From assembly GCA_964016885.1 (NCBI GenBank), contig OZ024751.1:32550001-32614000 (forward strand): a DNA stretch of 64,000 bases, written 5' to 3'. Source of the stretch: Eledone cirrhosa. Lineage: Eukaryota. The notes under the pieces were generated by a model. It was not told the origin of the DNA. It was given only the letters and a program-made list of their open reading frames with translations, and did no database searches. The position numbers and the translations under genes are program-made. Below, piece after piece: positions 16,157-30,943 of this stretch (positions are counted from its first letter, which is position 1; every line of letters begins with the position of its first letter).

Positions 16157-16387
16157 TACTTACGCTTTAATTTATATTTTTAATTATCGTGTCTATAGTC
16201 TGTCTTTCATAGGTTATAGATTCCATACACTGGTTGTTTTTTCCCTGTATTATTGATAATGCACTATATATCTCTCTCTGGTGTGTTACCTTTTCAATAT
16301 ATTGTATTTTAAAGAGCTCAGGATCTCTTCTCCTTTGAGCACACTATTTACAAGGAATAGCGAGGGCCTATGCCTCCGTTAATTTAT

Positions 16388-16424
<37 letters not shown>

Positions 16425-16426
<2 letters not shown>

Positions 16427-16636
16427 AACCAGTAAGACCCCGACAGCTGAGCTCAAGCCGTTTCGACGGCTAATTCTGGACTAAATCCAGACTAAATTTA
16501 GTCCAGAATTAGCCGTCGAAACGGCTTGAGCTCAGCTGTCGGGGTCTTACTGGTTCCTATTACCCACTCTACTACCTCAAGTATTGAGTACTTTGGTGCG
16601 TTATGGTCCACCTGGTTCCTTACCACATTTCCTTCG

Positions 16637-16637
<1 letters not shown>
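16425..16637 (+). mobile_element. Family C fold-back element carrying the 3' half of an HHR
   Basis: Inverted arms; GAAA-CGGC-UUGAGCUCA-GCUG-UC-GGGGUC (stem III with palindromic loop, GUC at 16538-16540); second copy at 38063-38230. Confidence 0.8.
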
Positions 16638-16729
<92 letters not shown>

Positions 16730-17064
16730 ACTTTATTACTAACTTCCTTTGGCCCTTTCCTCCTACCTTCCAATCAGTTTTGGGTTACAAACATGAGGCG
16801 AAGCTGAGAACAATATACATGCAGTAGAGTTCATTTTGAGAGAAACAGTTACACGTCGTGGCTCCCTGGTGTTGAGTTCAAATTTCGTCAGCGATGACTA
16901 AAATTTATATTATTTCTGGGTAGAATAAGTTAAGAACTATTATTTCTGAGAACCAGTAGCATCCTAGGATAGTCATATAATCGGCTGGACCCTCCGCTAA
17001 ATGTGACGTTCTCTTGTATAATAATAATTGCAATAATAATTTCTTTTTTTTTAATTGCGGGTTG

Positions 17065-17222
17065 GTAGAATCGTTGGAGTGCCGGACAAAATGCCTTGCA
17101 GTATATATAACTGTGGCTTTTTACACCCTGTTTTCGAATTCCACCGAGGCCAACTTTGCCTTTTATCCTTCCGAGGTCCCTAAAATAAAGTAACAACCAT
17201 GCACTGGTTTTGATTTAATTGA
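17065..17222 (+). mobile_element. Diverged tRNA-derived SINE
   Basis: ttggtagaatcgtt...ttcgaattccaccgaggccaactttgccttttatccttcc core. Confidence 0.7.
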
Positions 17223-17709
17223 CTCTATGTAAGAAACCATTTTTATTATTGACATTAGCAGGTAGATGACTAAGGCTTCGGATTAAATTTATGCTATATT
17301 CCTTTTACATTATAGCTTGCATTAACGCGTGTGGATTTTGTAGATGTGTTTAACTAGCAAGTGATTGGTGCGTAACTAAGTTTCAAATCAGTTGCAATGA
17401 AACTGTCTGTGGCCAGGTTGCAAACAGTACGACGAAAATATTAACACTAAGAAATATATGATAAGTGTAAAGTACATTTAACAGATGTTTTTTTGTGTAT
17501 TTTGAATAACTAAAATGATTCTTTCATGTTGGAAAGCAAACGGTTTGTTTCACGTTGCTCCAGTATACTCAGCTGAAAACGATTACTAGCAATAGTTGAG
17601 GGTTTAACCCTGCGATAAACATGTGTCCTGTAGAAGGGGTGTCTTGTACTCTCAATCGCTTAACGCCACAGAAAGCAGGGGCCTGATGAGCCTCCGAGCT
17701 CGAGACAGA

Positions 17710-17779
<70 letters not shown>

Positions 17780-18549
17780 ATGCGTGTGTGTGTGTATTAC
17801 AAAGTATCGTAATTATCCACCAAAATGCTGCTTTTTAACATCAATTAATCTTTCTCGTGGCAGAATTTGAAAATTTTATACAAATATTTCTGTAATATCA
17901 AAATCTGTAGAAATAATTTTAAACCTAAAAGTAAATAATTTAAGATACGGATCATCAACCACACACACAAACAAAAATAACAAAACAAATATATAGAAAT
18001 GATCAAATAGAAATTTCTTTAAAAATATATAAATAAGTAAATAAAACCAAAAATATCGTGAAAATAGGAAAATATATGAGAAATGAAATAAAATTTGATG
18101 AATTTCATAGGACTGAAAGTGAAAGTAAAATAATTAAATAAATAAATAAATGGTCGATAAAAAGATTCAAAATGTGAAGGATCAATCAGATAATTAATTA
18201 AATAAATGAATTAATAAAGAAATAAGAAACCGTTAAAATCTATCATAACTCACCCTAATAAAATCCATTTTTAGAAAGTTAAGCTATCTGTTGAAAGTAA
18301 AGATTTTCTGAGATGTGTATAAGAGAGAAAGTGGATTGTTGCTTGGTGTCAAGATGGTAAACGTTTCTCGACTAAGCTAGAAACTTTTGATCACTTCTTA
18401 ATATATTGAATTACTTAACAAGAAAGAAAGAAGAAACCTGCTACTTCACTAATGAGAACAATTGAAACCAGTTACGTAGCATTGTTACTTAGAGAAAACA
18501 AAACATGAGCACACATAAGCACACATACACATACACATACATGCATGGC

Positions 18550-18586
<37 letters not shown>

Positions 18587-19055
18587 TTATATGTATGTAT
18601 ATGTATATAGACACACATACATTCATATTTACATATATCCATAGAAGAGGATTAGATATAGGAGATGTACAACGAGGCAGGAGCATCAAAACATGCACAC
18701 ACACACCCTCCACACACACATGTGCATGCATGCAGAGAAAATAATAAAAAAAATGACAAAAAAAATGACAAAACTGCATAGATGGAATAGTAGGTGCAAA
18801 ACACACATATATGAATAGGTAGAAGTTAGAGACAACAAAAAAGAGAGAGAGACATTGAGACAGAAAGGCGGTTAGGGATGGAGGAGAGAGAGATAGAGAG
18901 AAAGACATACTAGATGACATTCGCATGAGATAGAGAGTAACAAAGAGAGAGAGAGATAGAGAGGGGGAGAGAGTAAACACAGGTGTTTCTTTAAATGGTA
19001 TAGACGGATAGGAAGACATTAATTTAGCATCAAACTGAACAAACATGCAGCTTAT

Positions 19056-19089
<34 letters not shown>

Positions 19090-19130
19090 AATATATATAT
19101 ATACATGCATATATATATGTATGCGTGTGC

Positions 19131-19161
<31 letters not shown>

Positions 19162-19226
19162 TATATAGGTACATATATAAAATTATACGCACACACACAT
19201 ACACACATACACACACAAACACACAC

Positions 19227-19286
<60 letters not shown>

Positions 19287-19361
19287 CGGATGTTCAAAAA
19301 ATGTATAATACTTCAACAGCATTCTAATTATTGTATGTATACATTTTTTACGGACACCTTG
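19287..19361. mobile_element. Tc1/mariner-type mini-MITE, degenerate
   Basis: Homologous to 28371-28463 and 60732-60807; TIR-like tgttcaaaaaatgtata / tatacattttttacggaca. Confidence 0.65.
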
Positions 19362-20295
19362 TATATATATATATATATATATATAAGTGCAGACATTTTT
19401 CTTCCCCCGCTCTGTGTTATTTTAGTAATACCTATATAAATTCGTAGTTCCTCACATCTAGGAAGCATTATTGAAAACGAAGCTTCACGGCGTTGCTTCC
19501 AGCAGATACCGAAAATAACCATAAAAAAGGGAGAATTTCTAAAAACGTCACTTTGAGAAAAGGTAATCACCGGCATACCTCTATCAGATACGTGTACACA
19601 CATACACATACACCTCGCCCATCCCGCATACACACAGTTACATTCATACCTGTACGCGTAGAGACTCGCCGTACGCACACACACATTCATAAGGTAAAAC
19701 TGCGCGTGCGTAGACGCATGCACACTGATTTTACACAGTATATGGGACGTAATTGGTTTCAAACTAGATCCACAAAATCCTGATTATCATTGGACTTAAG
19801 AATGGAAGCAAAGCTTTGTTTCGCCAACAACAGAACTAACCAGAAAATGCTTCATTATAGCTATGACAGACATGAAGAATAGAAGAAAGCTACGTGCAAG
19901 GAATGAAGTATCAGCATATATTATATTAATACAAAATGGTTGTAGCATTTTTGAAGTGGTCTTAGCTGCAATTGTTTCGGTGAAGTGTCTGCAGTGGACA
20001 GAAAAAATCTTGTTACTCGGTGGACGGAAATATAAAACACGGATATTCCTTGCTAACATCTAGGTTGTGTGACATCCACGAGAGTGAGCGCCATTTTTGA
20101 ATGTTATTGCAGCCCTGGTGTAGTTTTGAAGTCGTTTGAACGTCGGATAGAATGCTTTGCGGTATTCGTTCGGTCCGGCTCTTTGCGCTCCCAATTACCA
20201 TCGAAGTCAACTGAGCCTTTCACCTTTTCGGGGTTGAGATCCTTCCTCGATATATCTTTCTCATTATCTCCCTCCCTCTCTCTTTTTCTCTCTTT

Positions 20296-20352
<57 letters not shown>

Positions 20353-20639
20353 TATATCTCTCTCTCTCACTCTCTCTCTTTCTCTTTCTCATTCTCTGTC
20401 TCTCTTCCCCTCGGTCTCTCTTTCTTTCTCTCAAGGAAACTGGATGTTTTCTAATCTGGAGAAGTGAAGCCCTCCATCAGGTTTAAAGTGTCTAAGGAGG
20501 TATGTAAAGATGGCGTCTCCATCAGGAGTTACACATCCATTCGTTTACGCATTATCCATGATTCAGATCAGGAGATTATGACAGGGATTATTGGTTACAC
20601 ACGTAACCACGTGGTAAATGTGTGCAAAAAGGGGGAAGA

Positions 20640-20790
<151 letters not shown>

Positions 20791-21511
20791 GAGGAGGAGG
20801 ATATATAAAAAAAAAGAGACTAAAATGAGTATCAGGATTTTCTAAGAATGTAGACACATTTCAATTACGTGACATTTACAGGTGCGGTAAATTGATATGG
20901 TTGAATATATATGGTCTATTTGAGATGTGGAGGGTGACTTAGTTGTGTTTAGTGGAATGGAGAATGTAATTCATAAGCGGTATTTAATTCCCTTTGTTCT
21001 ATTTGAAGCTGATTAAGTTGTTTTTCATTCTGATTAATTGATTTTATAATCGATTTATTTAGAAAATCTTCATGGATGGGCGGAGACTGGCTCTTATCAG
21101 AGTAATAACAAATGTGGTATTTAATAAAGCCTTTATTTTGTGAGTTTAAGGTTGATAGTTACGTTTTGTGGTACCTGCCACCACAGACAGACAGACACAG
21201 CCACCACACATATGCACACCCAGGTACACAAACACTAGAAACTAACCCATATATTTACACACATAAATATATATACACACAGCCTAATTCTGATTTCAAT
21301 CTTCTTTTCCAAGAGAGCTGATTAACAACAACTTGCGATTTCTCTCTTTTCTACCATTTTCGTTTTTCTTCTCCCAAATATCCTCTCTTCTCTCTTTTAA
21401 TTTCTTCCGATGAAAGACGAGTGACCAATAATATGGCCACAATCTAATGAATGAAACCAGTAAAAGTGACAATACACACACATACGTATATCTATCTATG
21501 TGTGTGTGTCA

Positions 21512-21588
<77 letters not shown>

Positions 21589-21746
21589 GTGTGTGTGTGT
21601 GTGTATTTGTGTGGGTGTATATTTATGAAGACAGACAGAATGTAGCAAAAATTGAAAAGGAATTGTTTCAAGAATCTTTGACACTAACATATGGTGGTTG
21701 ATTGGCAGTGGTTTTGTGTGTGTATATATATATATACAACACACAC

Positions 21747-21800
<54 letters not shown>

Positions 21801-21875
21801 CATATATATATGTATATATATACATATATACATATATATATATATACATATATATATATACACACATATATATAC

Positions 21876-21913
<38 letters not shown>

Positions 21914-21917
21914 ATGA

Positions 21918-21949
<32 letters not shown>

Positions 21950-22048
21950 TTGTTTGTATATACACCCACTGGCATTTACTCTAAACACCACGTGAGATCA
22001 GATGTGTAGAGCGCATATGTCGTATGTACTTCGAACATGTACACACAG

Positions 22049-22148
<100 letters not shown>

Positions 22149-22354
22149 TGACGTACATATATATATATATATGTATATATATGTACACACATATATATAT
22201 TCATTAGTTAAGCAAAACAAGTCCACAAACTTCACAAGGAAGACATATTCGCCGGAATTTTAGCAGTAACAGCACCTATACAGGGAACTTTAATGGTGGC
22301 AGCGGCCTGCTCCCCACTCCAAGTAGCAAACTAAAAATCAACCCTAGAATTGGA

Positions 22355-22588
22355 ATGAGAAATGGGATGACAAATAATAAATCCCCAGGTAATAATAACC
22401 CTAGGAAGGCCCCTACCAACTCCACTAGAACCCCTAGAAGGAATAGACCTAGATATTACACCTGGCTCAACCCCCCATTCTCATCTAATCTATCCACTAA
22501 TATCCCCAAACGCTTCTTCTCTATCCTATCCACCCCAAATTATCCAAATTATTTGTTAAGCAAAAATTCGCCTGAATTACTGCTATGA
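22355..22588 (+). pseudogene. Penelope-like element ORF remnant (region C-terminal to RT)
   Basis: RRNRPRYYTWLNPPFSSNLSTNIPKRFFSIL matches the PLE motif R.R...W.NPP(F/Y)S..V.TNIG..F..L; followed by an HHR-bearing terminal repeat. Confidence 0.7.
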
Positions 22589-22940
22589 TTCATAGTAGTA
22601 TTTTGGCTACTGTCTTTTTAACACCCCACTCCTCACTGATTAACCTCGATGTCACGTGCTTGATTCTTTTGAATTTGCCACTGACCGGGAAGGTAGTGAA
22701 ATTTTCAGTGTCTTGAAATTTAGTCCGTGCTTGCTTCTTTTCCATTCACTGAATTATTTTTGTTTAAGATCCCTGGTCCGCCTATCGCCTGGGATCTTAG
22801 CAGAGAATTGACACCCTGATGAAGAAAGGAATTCTCCATAGCTTTGAACACTTGTATATCCCCTTTCAGAAACTAATTAGTTGGAGTGAAACTTAAGTAA
22901 GTAAGTCAATTATTATAATTTTCTTATTTTACGTCTTTCA
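22575..22940 (+). mobile_element. Family D PLE terminal repeat (pLTR), hairpin-rich
   Basis: Homologous to 51548-51926; both share the end ttttcttattttacgtctttcatat. Confidence 0.75.
22811..22887 (+). ncRNA. Type I hammerhead ribozyme (family D, long stem II)
   Basis: ACACC-CUGAUGA-A GAAAGG...CCUUUC A-GAAA-CUAAUUAG-UU-GGAGU; one mismatch in stem I. Confidence 0.75.
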
Positions 22941-23049
22941 TATAATTGTTCTACATTTTTGTATTGAACCACAAAGTTACTAAGACAAAACCCATATCTT
23001 GCTAGCATAAGTATACTTCTGTATAAATATGTTGGTAGATATATTAATT

Positions 23050-23087
<38 letters not shown>

Positions 23088-23090
<3 letters not shown>

Positions 23091-23223
23091 AATACTCATC
23101 TTTTTCCATTTCTTCGAGCCCACTATCAGGCTAAATAATTTTCTTTAATTTCTTTAGTCAAAATACAGCGATAGCTTACATTTCTAATTTCAAACTCGCT
23201 CGCTGTTTCGAAAATATTCTTAC
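23088..23223 (+). mobile_element. Family I element 3' end
   Basis: Reverse complement of 56441-56540; (TA)n flanked; begins at gtc-aatactcatc. Confidence 0.7.
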
Positions 23224-23266
<43 letters not shown>

Positions 23267-23369
23267 ATTACATTGACAGGCACTGTAATCGCCGTATGAG
23301 GACAGGTGGTATATATACGTGTGTGTGTGTGCGTATGTATGGGTGTGTGTGCAAGTATTTGAGTGTACT

Positions 23370-23423
<54 letters not shown>

Positions 23424-25329
23424 GTATGTAAACATGTATATTATATATGCATTATATATATATATATTATATTACTTTCCTGTATTGCCCTATACGAGAT
23501 GTTTTGCGACATAGTTTTCAGGAGAAAGCTGTTTCTGCAAGCAATTTTACTGGAGCTAACAAAAAAGTGTCTATTCGGTTGCTCCATCTGCTAGAAACAG
23601 CCTCCCAATTTCAGGAAACTTTATCAAATACGTTTCCATTATAAAGGAAGACATATTGGACTGCCTGAAATGAGTTGTGCTCGTTACTGTTGGAATATTT
23701 TTAGTAATAGTTCAGATATATTACGAGGCTTAACTTACATTAAACGGCAATAGAAACATACAATAACTCAGGGATTCTCAACCGTTTCACAAGCAAGATC
23801 TTTTTTATTTGAATGAACTTCCCCCCGTCCTCAACTCCATTACAATTTACCCCTCTTTCAGTTTGTTATACAGAGAAAACATCAATTGAAAGTCAGATTT
23901 GTTTATACTTACAGAAAACGAAATCCCCAATAGTGTGACGTGTGTTTTTAAGAAATTAGTTTTAGATATTTTGAACTTAGCCCACTGATAATCAATGTTA
24001 CTTTTGAGGACTCCAGTTTAGAAAACTCTGCTTTAGATTCAAGACTAATTGCATATATACACATATACCCACATATACCCACATATACCCACATATACAC
24101 ACGTATACACACATATACACACATATACATACATATACACAAATATATTATGATTAAGGTGAACGACATATTAAATTAGTTAACATTGAAAGTAAAGAAG
24201 AAACAAATGATAAGTGGTTTAAAGTGAAGCCAAAAGTACATAAATAATGAATGCATGAATAAATAAATATGTAAATAAATAAATAGACATATATTCGTTT
24301 TCTCATATATTAACAGCACTAAAATATATTAATAGTACTATAATATATTAACAACATGATAGTTAACTTGTAATTAACCACGCCAAATTAAACACCCATG
24401 GGTATGTCATCCCGCTGTCGTGTGATGTGTTTGAAGTTGTAACTGAATCCCTGTTTAAACCACACCCCTACTCTATTTAAAAATGCATTACACTTTACAG
24501 GATAAAGCATTAGATCGCCTGTAACTGAATAACACACCTGGTTGTCACTTCTGGTAATTATTTCATCAAAGATCTGCCTTAGTTATTTCAGTTACAGCTC
24601 TTTGAGCTCTGAGTTCGATTCCCGCTGAGTTTGACTTAGTCGTGTATCCTTTCGGATTCGATAAAATAAAATAAAAGTCCGAAACGAGTTACCTAGTGGA
24701 CCCTTTTCCAGCGTGCCTTGTGGACCAGCTTCTGGTACTTTGAACAACTTAGTACACAAAAAGCAAGATTGTTATGGATTTGATCATAGGGGTGCTTGAT
24801 TAGGGCTAAACAGCAATAACACGTATTTATATGATTATATACAGAGAGAGGGGGAGAGATAGAAAGATAGAAGGGGGGGGGGCTGAATTTACATGCAGAC
24901 TCACAAATACACAGATTCATTGAATCCCCAAAAACAAAATATAAAAAAAGTACATTTATAAAACTAGTTTAATATAACATAAACACAGAATTGTTGCAGT
25001 TAATTATACACACACATAAATACTTTCAAATACATACAAATACATACATTTCTACCTGGAACCATTCTTATGTAATAGATATATACAATTCCTTAATATA
25101 TACCCATTTATTTATCCATTATATTTTGCAGACCAAAATTTAACTCACAAATATATACACTTGAATGTATCTGTATATATTATGACTATATACATAAACA
25201 TTTTTCCTTTGTTCTTCGACTTAAATGTTTCCATTACCATCTATGACACGTATAAACGTCTAAGGTACCTTTATATGTCGATGTTGTGTATAAATGTTTA
25301 GATAGCTATGAAGTGTTTAGATAGCTAAG

Positions 25330-25700
25330 ATATTTAGTGTAAGATATCTTAAGACGTGTTTAGATATATCATATGTATTTACTGCAGAAAATGTATGTCG
25401 ACATTTAAGATGTGTTTAGATGGCACAAGATATATGTAGACATTTAAGATGTGTTTAGATGTATCATATGTATTTAGAGACATGAGATATACGTAGACAT
25501 TTAAGATGTGTTTAAATGTATCATATGTATTTAGAGGCACAAGGCGTATGTAGACGTTTAAGATGTGTTTAAATGTATAAGGTGTATTTAGAGGCATAAG
25601 ATATATGTAAAGATATAAGATGTGTTTAAATGTCTTATGTGTATTTAGAGGCACAAGATGTATGTAGACATTTAAGATGTTTAGATGTATAATGTGTCTT
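25330..25700. repeat. 57-bp tandem minisatellite
   Basis: Recurrent tatgtagacatttaagatgtgtttagatgtat...ttagaggcacaag; 19-aa periodicity in ORF 25379-25654. Confidence 0.85.
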
Positions 25701-25899
25701 TTTATATCTAGGAGGATGTGTTAAGGGGCCTACCGCGTGATCAGATGTCTTAAACGTATTTAGACATTTAAAATGTATTTAATCGTTTAAGTCGTTATCA
25801 CATACAACAATTAAAAGCGAAAACCGTACGTTCATATATTTCATCTATAACTATAACCTTTTCATTAGCTGTCCAACATGCAAATATCCAGTATCATTT

Positions 25900-25968
<69 letters not shown>

Positions 25969-26027
25969 CTATTTCACACATATATATATATACACACACA
26001 CAATACACACACACCTCTATTTCACAC

Positions 26028-26102
<75 letters not shown>

Positions 26103-27276
26103 TACATAAATCTGTTCGTAAATATATTGCCTTTAAAACAAATAATAAATAATAATAATATTGGTAAAAAAAAAATATGGTTTCTACTCTTAAATGAACT
26201 TTTTAAAAATATTTTTGAATAAAGAGAAATAAATAAATCATAAATAAAACAACAATAAAATAATAATATATATAATTTATATATATAATTTATTTGTTTT
26301 TGAATTACATAACTGAAACGAAAATCTATTTTTAGATACAAGTGCACTCACTACCAAACACGAACAAATTCTGTGGCATTTTTTTTTATTTTTTTTATTT
26401 TCACCTTGTTCGAGTATGTAATTATTTATTTAAACCTCAAACAGTATTTGGAGCAGATCCAGAGATAAATAATAAATAATTACAAAGAAAGAAGAGAGAA
26501 TAAAAATTGCAACGTCACAGAGATAGAGTGTAATGTCTTCCTGCTAACTTATTGCAAAAGAAAAGAAAGAAAGAAGAAACAAACGAACAAAGATGGACGA
26601 GAGCATGGATGAGTTGTGAGAAAGTTCAGTCTGTAGTCATAAGGTAATGGTTTTAAAACCATTGGGTGGAAATTGTGAGGGTAATTCAGCAGATTAATAG
26701 AAACTGTTTGGAAGCTTGTTGAGTAGATCGTAGGCTGAACCTGAGCCAGACTTTAGCACAAACTGTGTCACACTGATTGATGAACTCAAACATTTTCACC
26801 GAAAGCAATGGAGATCCATTTTATTTTCTCAGTGATCGAAACTAAACAAGCAGTAAATATGGCGGTTTTTTGAGAGTGGTCTTATTTGAAAGCGGTGGTT
26901 TGTAGTTTAGAGACTTTCTTGTTTAAAGACTAGATGTTTCGGCTTTAATTTGGTTACTGTGTGAGCTAGTAAACCGTTCTTTGCACCAACGATTTCTTTA
27001 CTTTTAATTAGTAGCATGAACACTTTATCGAACAATTAGATTACTCATTGTTAAAACCAATGGAGGATCTATTTATTTGTATTATATTTTATAGGAAAAA
27101 AATACATATTTTATTGATAGGACTCTCAACTGTATAGCGGGTGTATTATGATAGAGTTCTTAGCGCTATTTCACCCGATGTTCTAAGTTATTATTTATAG
27201 TAATTGACTATTGCTACAGCTATTTCCTGCATTTGGGATTCCTACATCTTCTAAAAAGATATATATGCATGAATGT

Positions 27277-27310
<34 letters not shown>

Positions 27311-27849
27311 GCACATATGCGTATACTTATGTATGCGTGCATGTATGTATGTAGGCAGGTAGGTAAATAGATATGCATGCATATATATATAAACTCATAA
27401 ATGTATACATGTGCATATGTGTATGAGTGTGTATGTATATATGTGTGTATATGTGTGTGATAGTGTAGTAAAATATATATTATAGTAACCTTTACCCGAG
27501 ATTCTCAAAGTTTACATTAGGGTATGTCAAGCAATATGGAAACCGTTCGCCATTTCAAAGTGGGTCTCGTTATTATAGAAACAGAGAGCCACATTGACAT
27601 TTAGCGCTTGTTATTGTTGTTATTATTGTTATTGTAGCTGTTATTGTTGTGTTGTTGTAACTATCGTTGTTTTTGTTGTTGCTGTCATAGATATTGCTGC
27701 TGTTGTTGAGGGAATAGCGATGAGGTAGAAGATGAACCAGAAATAAATTAATGGCACATGCGCACAGAGAGGAGCACGTACACAATTCCACCGAGAACAA
27801 TTAATATATTTTGCACATACATACATGCATATATATATATATATATATA

Positions 27850-28056
27850 ATGTTTAATATAGAAATGGTTTCTATAGGACTAGAAGTGTTTCATTCAAAA
27901 GAATCACCAGGCTTTCCTGACCATTTCTTTTGAATGAAACAGTTCTAGTCCTGTAGAAGCCATTTCTATATTAAACATGATGTTTACACTCTACCAATGT
28001 ATTGAGTACCTTGCTTACTGTGGTTACCCACGATTGAACCTGGAACTCACACGCTC
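27850..28056. mobile_element. Diverged family B fold-back with decayed HHR cores (CUGGUGA / CUGACCA)
   Basis: Inverted arms; same stem III cagttctagtcctg; stem I variant ggctttc/gaagcc. Confidence 0.75.
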
Positions 28057-28103
28057 ATATATATATATATACATCTATATACACACATACGTACATGCAT
28101 GCA

Positions 28104-28164
<61 letters not shown>

Positions 28165-28167
<3 letters not shown>

Positions 28168-28277
28168 TGAAACAGTTCTAGTCCTGTAGAATCTCATCTA
28201 TATTAAAACTTTTATACTCTGCAATGTATTGAGTACCTTACTTACTGTGGTTACCTCCGATTCAACCCGGAATAACG
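28165..28277 (+). mobile_element. Family B 3' fragment
   Basis: Near-identical to 4556-4668. Confidence 0.85.
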
Positions 28278-28370
<93 letters not shown>

Positions 28371-28373
<3 letters not shown>

Positions 28374-28463
28374 GGTGTCTCCAAAATATCTATACACACT
28401 TTGATTACCTGTACAGGCAATATTTATTAGAATGCTGTTGAATACATTTTTCGGAACACCCTG
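28371..28463. mobile_element. Tc1/mariner-type mini-MITE
   Basis: TA-CAGGGTGT...ACACCCTG-TA terminal inverted repeats with TA target duplication. Confidence 0.8.
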
Positions 28464-28685
28464 TATATAGATAAAGATAGATGGGTGTATACATAGATAC
28501 ACTGAGAAACAAATCAACATTGAAGTGGAGTAATTAGCTAGACAACCAGTTAAATGAGGCAATGTTAAACATTACTTCACCTCCGTTATATCATCTCTAT
28601 TTAGGCCTTTTCTTTCATGCTCCACCACAGTTAGAAGCAGGATATAAACGAGAAAAACAAATACAACAATAACTATACCCCCCCT

Positions 28686-28720
<35 letters not shown>

Positions 28721-29084
28721 GTGCACAAGAGGACACACGCAACGAAAACAACAAATGAGTCTTTATTATACCAAAAATAGACATGATTCTACTAACGTTA
28801 TCTCCCTAGCTTGTTATTTTTAGATTTCTAACATTTCTTATGGGGAGCTTTTGTCTACTAATTGCATGGATAATCTCAGTTTATGGACGTTTTTCAACTT
28901 CCTATATTAGATACTTAGTGTCGTCTGGTACTAGAAGGAAACGTAGTGTCCCTGACTCATATTGAAACCTCCAAGATTTGCTGGAGGGAAGATCGTTGGC
29001 TCAAATACTTTCAACAATCTGAACTTCACTAAAGTCTCCCAGGAGCTATGTGGTGCTGTTAAACCGAACAATCGGTTAAATATA

Positions 29085-29640
29085 CCACCCTAGATTAAAT
29101 ATACCACCAAAGATTATGTCTACTATCCAATATTATGTCTATTACCCAATATTATGTCTACCACCCAAGATTATGTCTACCACTCCAGATTAAGTCTACC
29201 ACTCCAGATTAAGTCTACCACTCCAGATTAAGTCTACCACCTAAGATTTGTCTACCACTCAAGATTATGACTACCGCGCCAGATTAAATCTACCACCTCA
29301 GCTTAACTCGACCATATAACTTGGATTCATTATTCAGGATTAAGTATACCACCCAAGATTAAGTCTACCACCCAAAATGTGTCTACCACTTCAGATTAAG
29401 TTTACCACTTCAGCTTAATTCGACCATATTACTTAAGTCTACCACTCAAAATTTGTCTACCATTCCAGATTAAGTCTACCACCTCAGCTTAACTCGACCA
29501 TATAACTTGAATTTATTATTCAAGATTAAGTCTACCACCCAAAATTTGACTACCATTCATGTTTAATTCTGCCACCGAATATTCCACATAAGTTAGCTTT
29601 ACTACTCAAGATTTAGTCTATCACCCAAGATTATGTTTGA
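29085..29640. repeat. About 19-bp degenerate minisatellite (ctaccacccaagattaagt)
   Basis: Tandem units visible, with higher-order duplication. Confidence 0.88.
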
Positions 29641-30397
29641 TACCAGTTTTAGGTACCAGTTATATAATGAGCTCAATTATTCTCTTGTTATTATCCACCA
29701 TAAAGGAACAGAATTGGATGTATGTCACTTCTGAATAATCCATTTGGTTTTATTTTATTACATTCTGTATATTATGTCAGGTCAGTCCAAATCAGACATG
29801 ATGTAACGAACCTATCATCAAAGGCACTCCTTCCATGGCTATCCATTTCCTCAAATAAAAACGTGAACTCAGGACAACATTATTCAATCTTTATGTTGTT
29901 TTCTTCTAAGACGGTAGGATGTGATTTAAGCTACATTTAGCTTGTTATAGAGGCTAAAAATATCAGTAAACTACTGGGGGGTCGATTTAACTAATTATCC
30001 GCCACTCACAAAACTTGCGGCTTTGTCTCAATGTTAGAAATATTCAATGTTGTTATAGTTATCATTGTTATTGCAGTAAGTTTTCCTCATGTCATTCGAG
30101 ATGTAAGTAATTTGAGAACGTTCCACGTACCAACAATCATCTTTCTTTTCAACTCCTCCTCCAAGAATTTATCTCTTTGTAATATAAAGACGTACTAAAT
30201 ATTTCTTGTAGAAGTCGCCTGACCCGTTGAGCAGGAGATGTGCATCCGGTGAATCATTTCTGCATCTCTATTTCATTTTTCAGTTGTTATAATTTCAGTT
30301 TTGTTCATGTCATCGAATGAACGACCTTGAGAAAACGCTGGAGGTCACAGCAACACATAATTCTTCACCCGTACAAATATGCATATATATATATACA

Positions 30398-30463
<66 letters not shown>

Positions 30464-30470
<7 letters not shown>

Positions 30471-30645
30471 AAAAAGAGATGAAATCGAAAATGCAACTGA
30501 AGTCTTATTTTTTTTAAATATATATATTTTTTTTAAAAATAAGACTTCAGTTGCATTTTCGATTTCATCTCTTTTTCTTTATACTTTCACTCGTGTAGGA
30601 CACCTCGGTTATTTTTCATTTTGTAAAAAAAACCTCACTTTCTAA
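30464..30645 (+). mobile_element. Family E fold-back element with tail
   Basis: About 50-bp inverted arms (aagaaaaagagatgaaatcgaaaatgcaactgaagtcttatt and complement), then a tail of about 60 bp; (TA)n both sides. Confidence 0.7.
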
Positions 30646-30647
30646 TA

Positions 30648-30737
<90 letters not shown>

Positions 30738-30740
30738 ACG

Positions 30741-30943
<203 letters not shown>

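Noticed and set aside
17680-17715. CUGAUGA...GAGA-CAG-A-CUG-UA hammerhead-like string
   Set aside because: Stem II is out of register, GAGA replaces GAAA and there is no stem I
19796-20467. Short non-repetitive ORFs as possible host exons
   Set aside because: No recognisable protein motif or splice-supported structure
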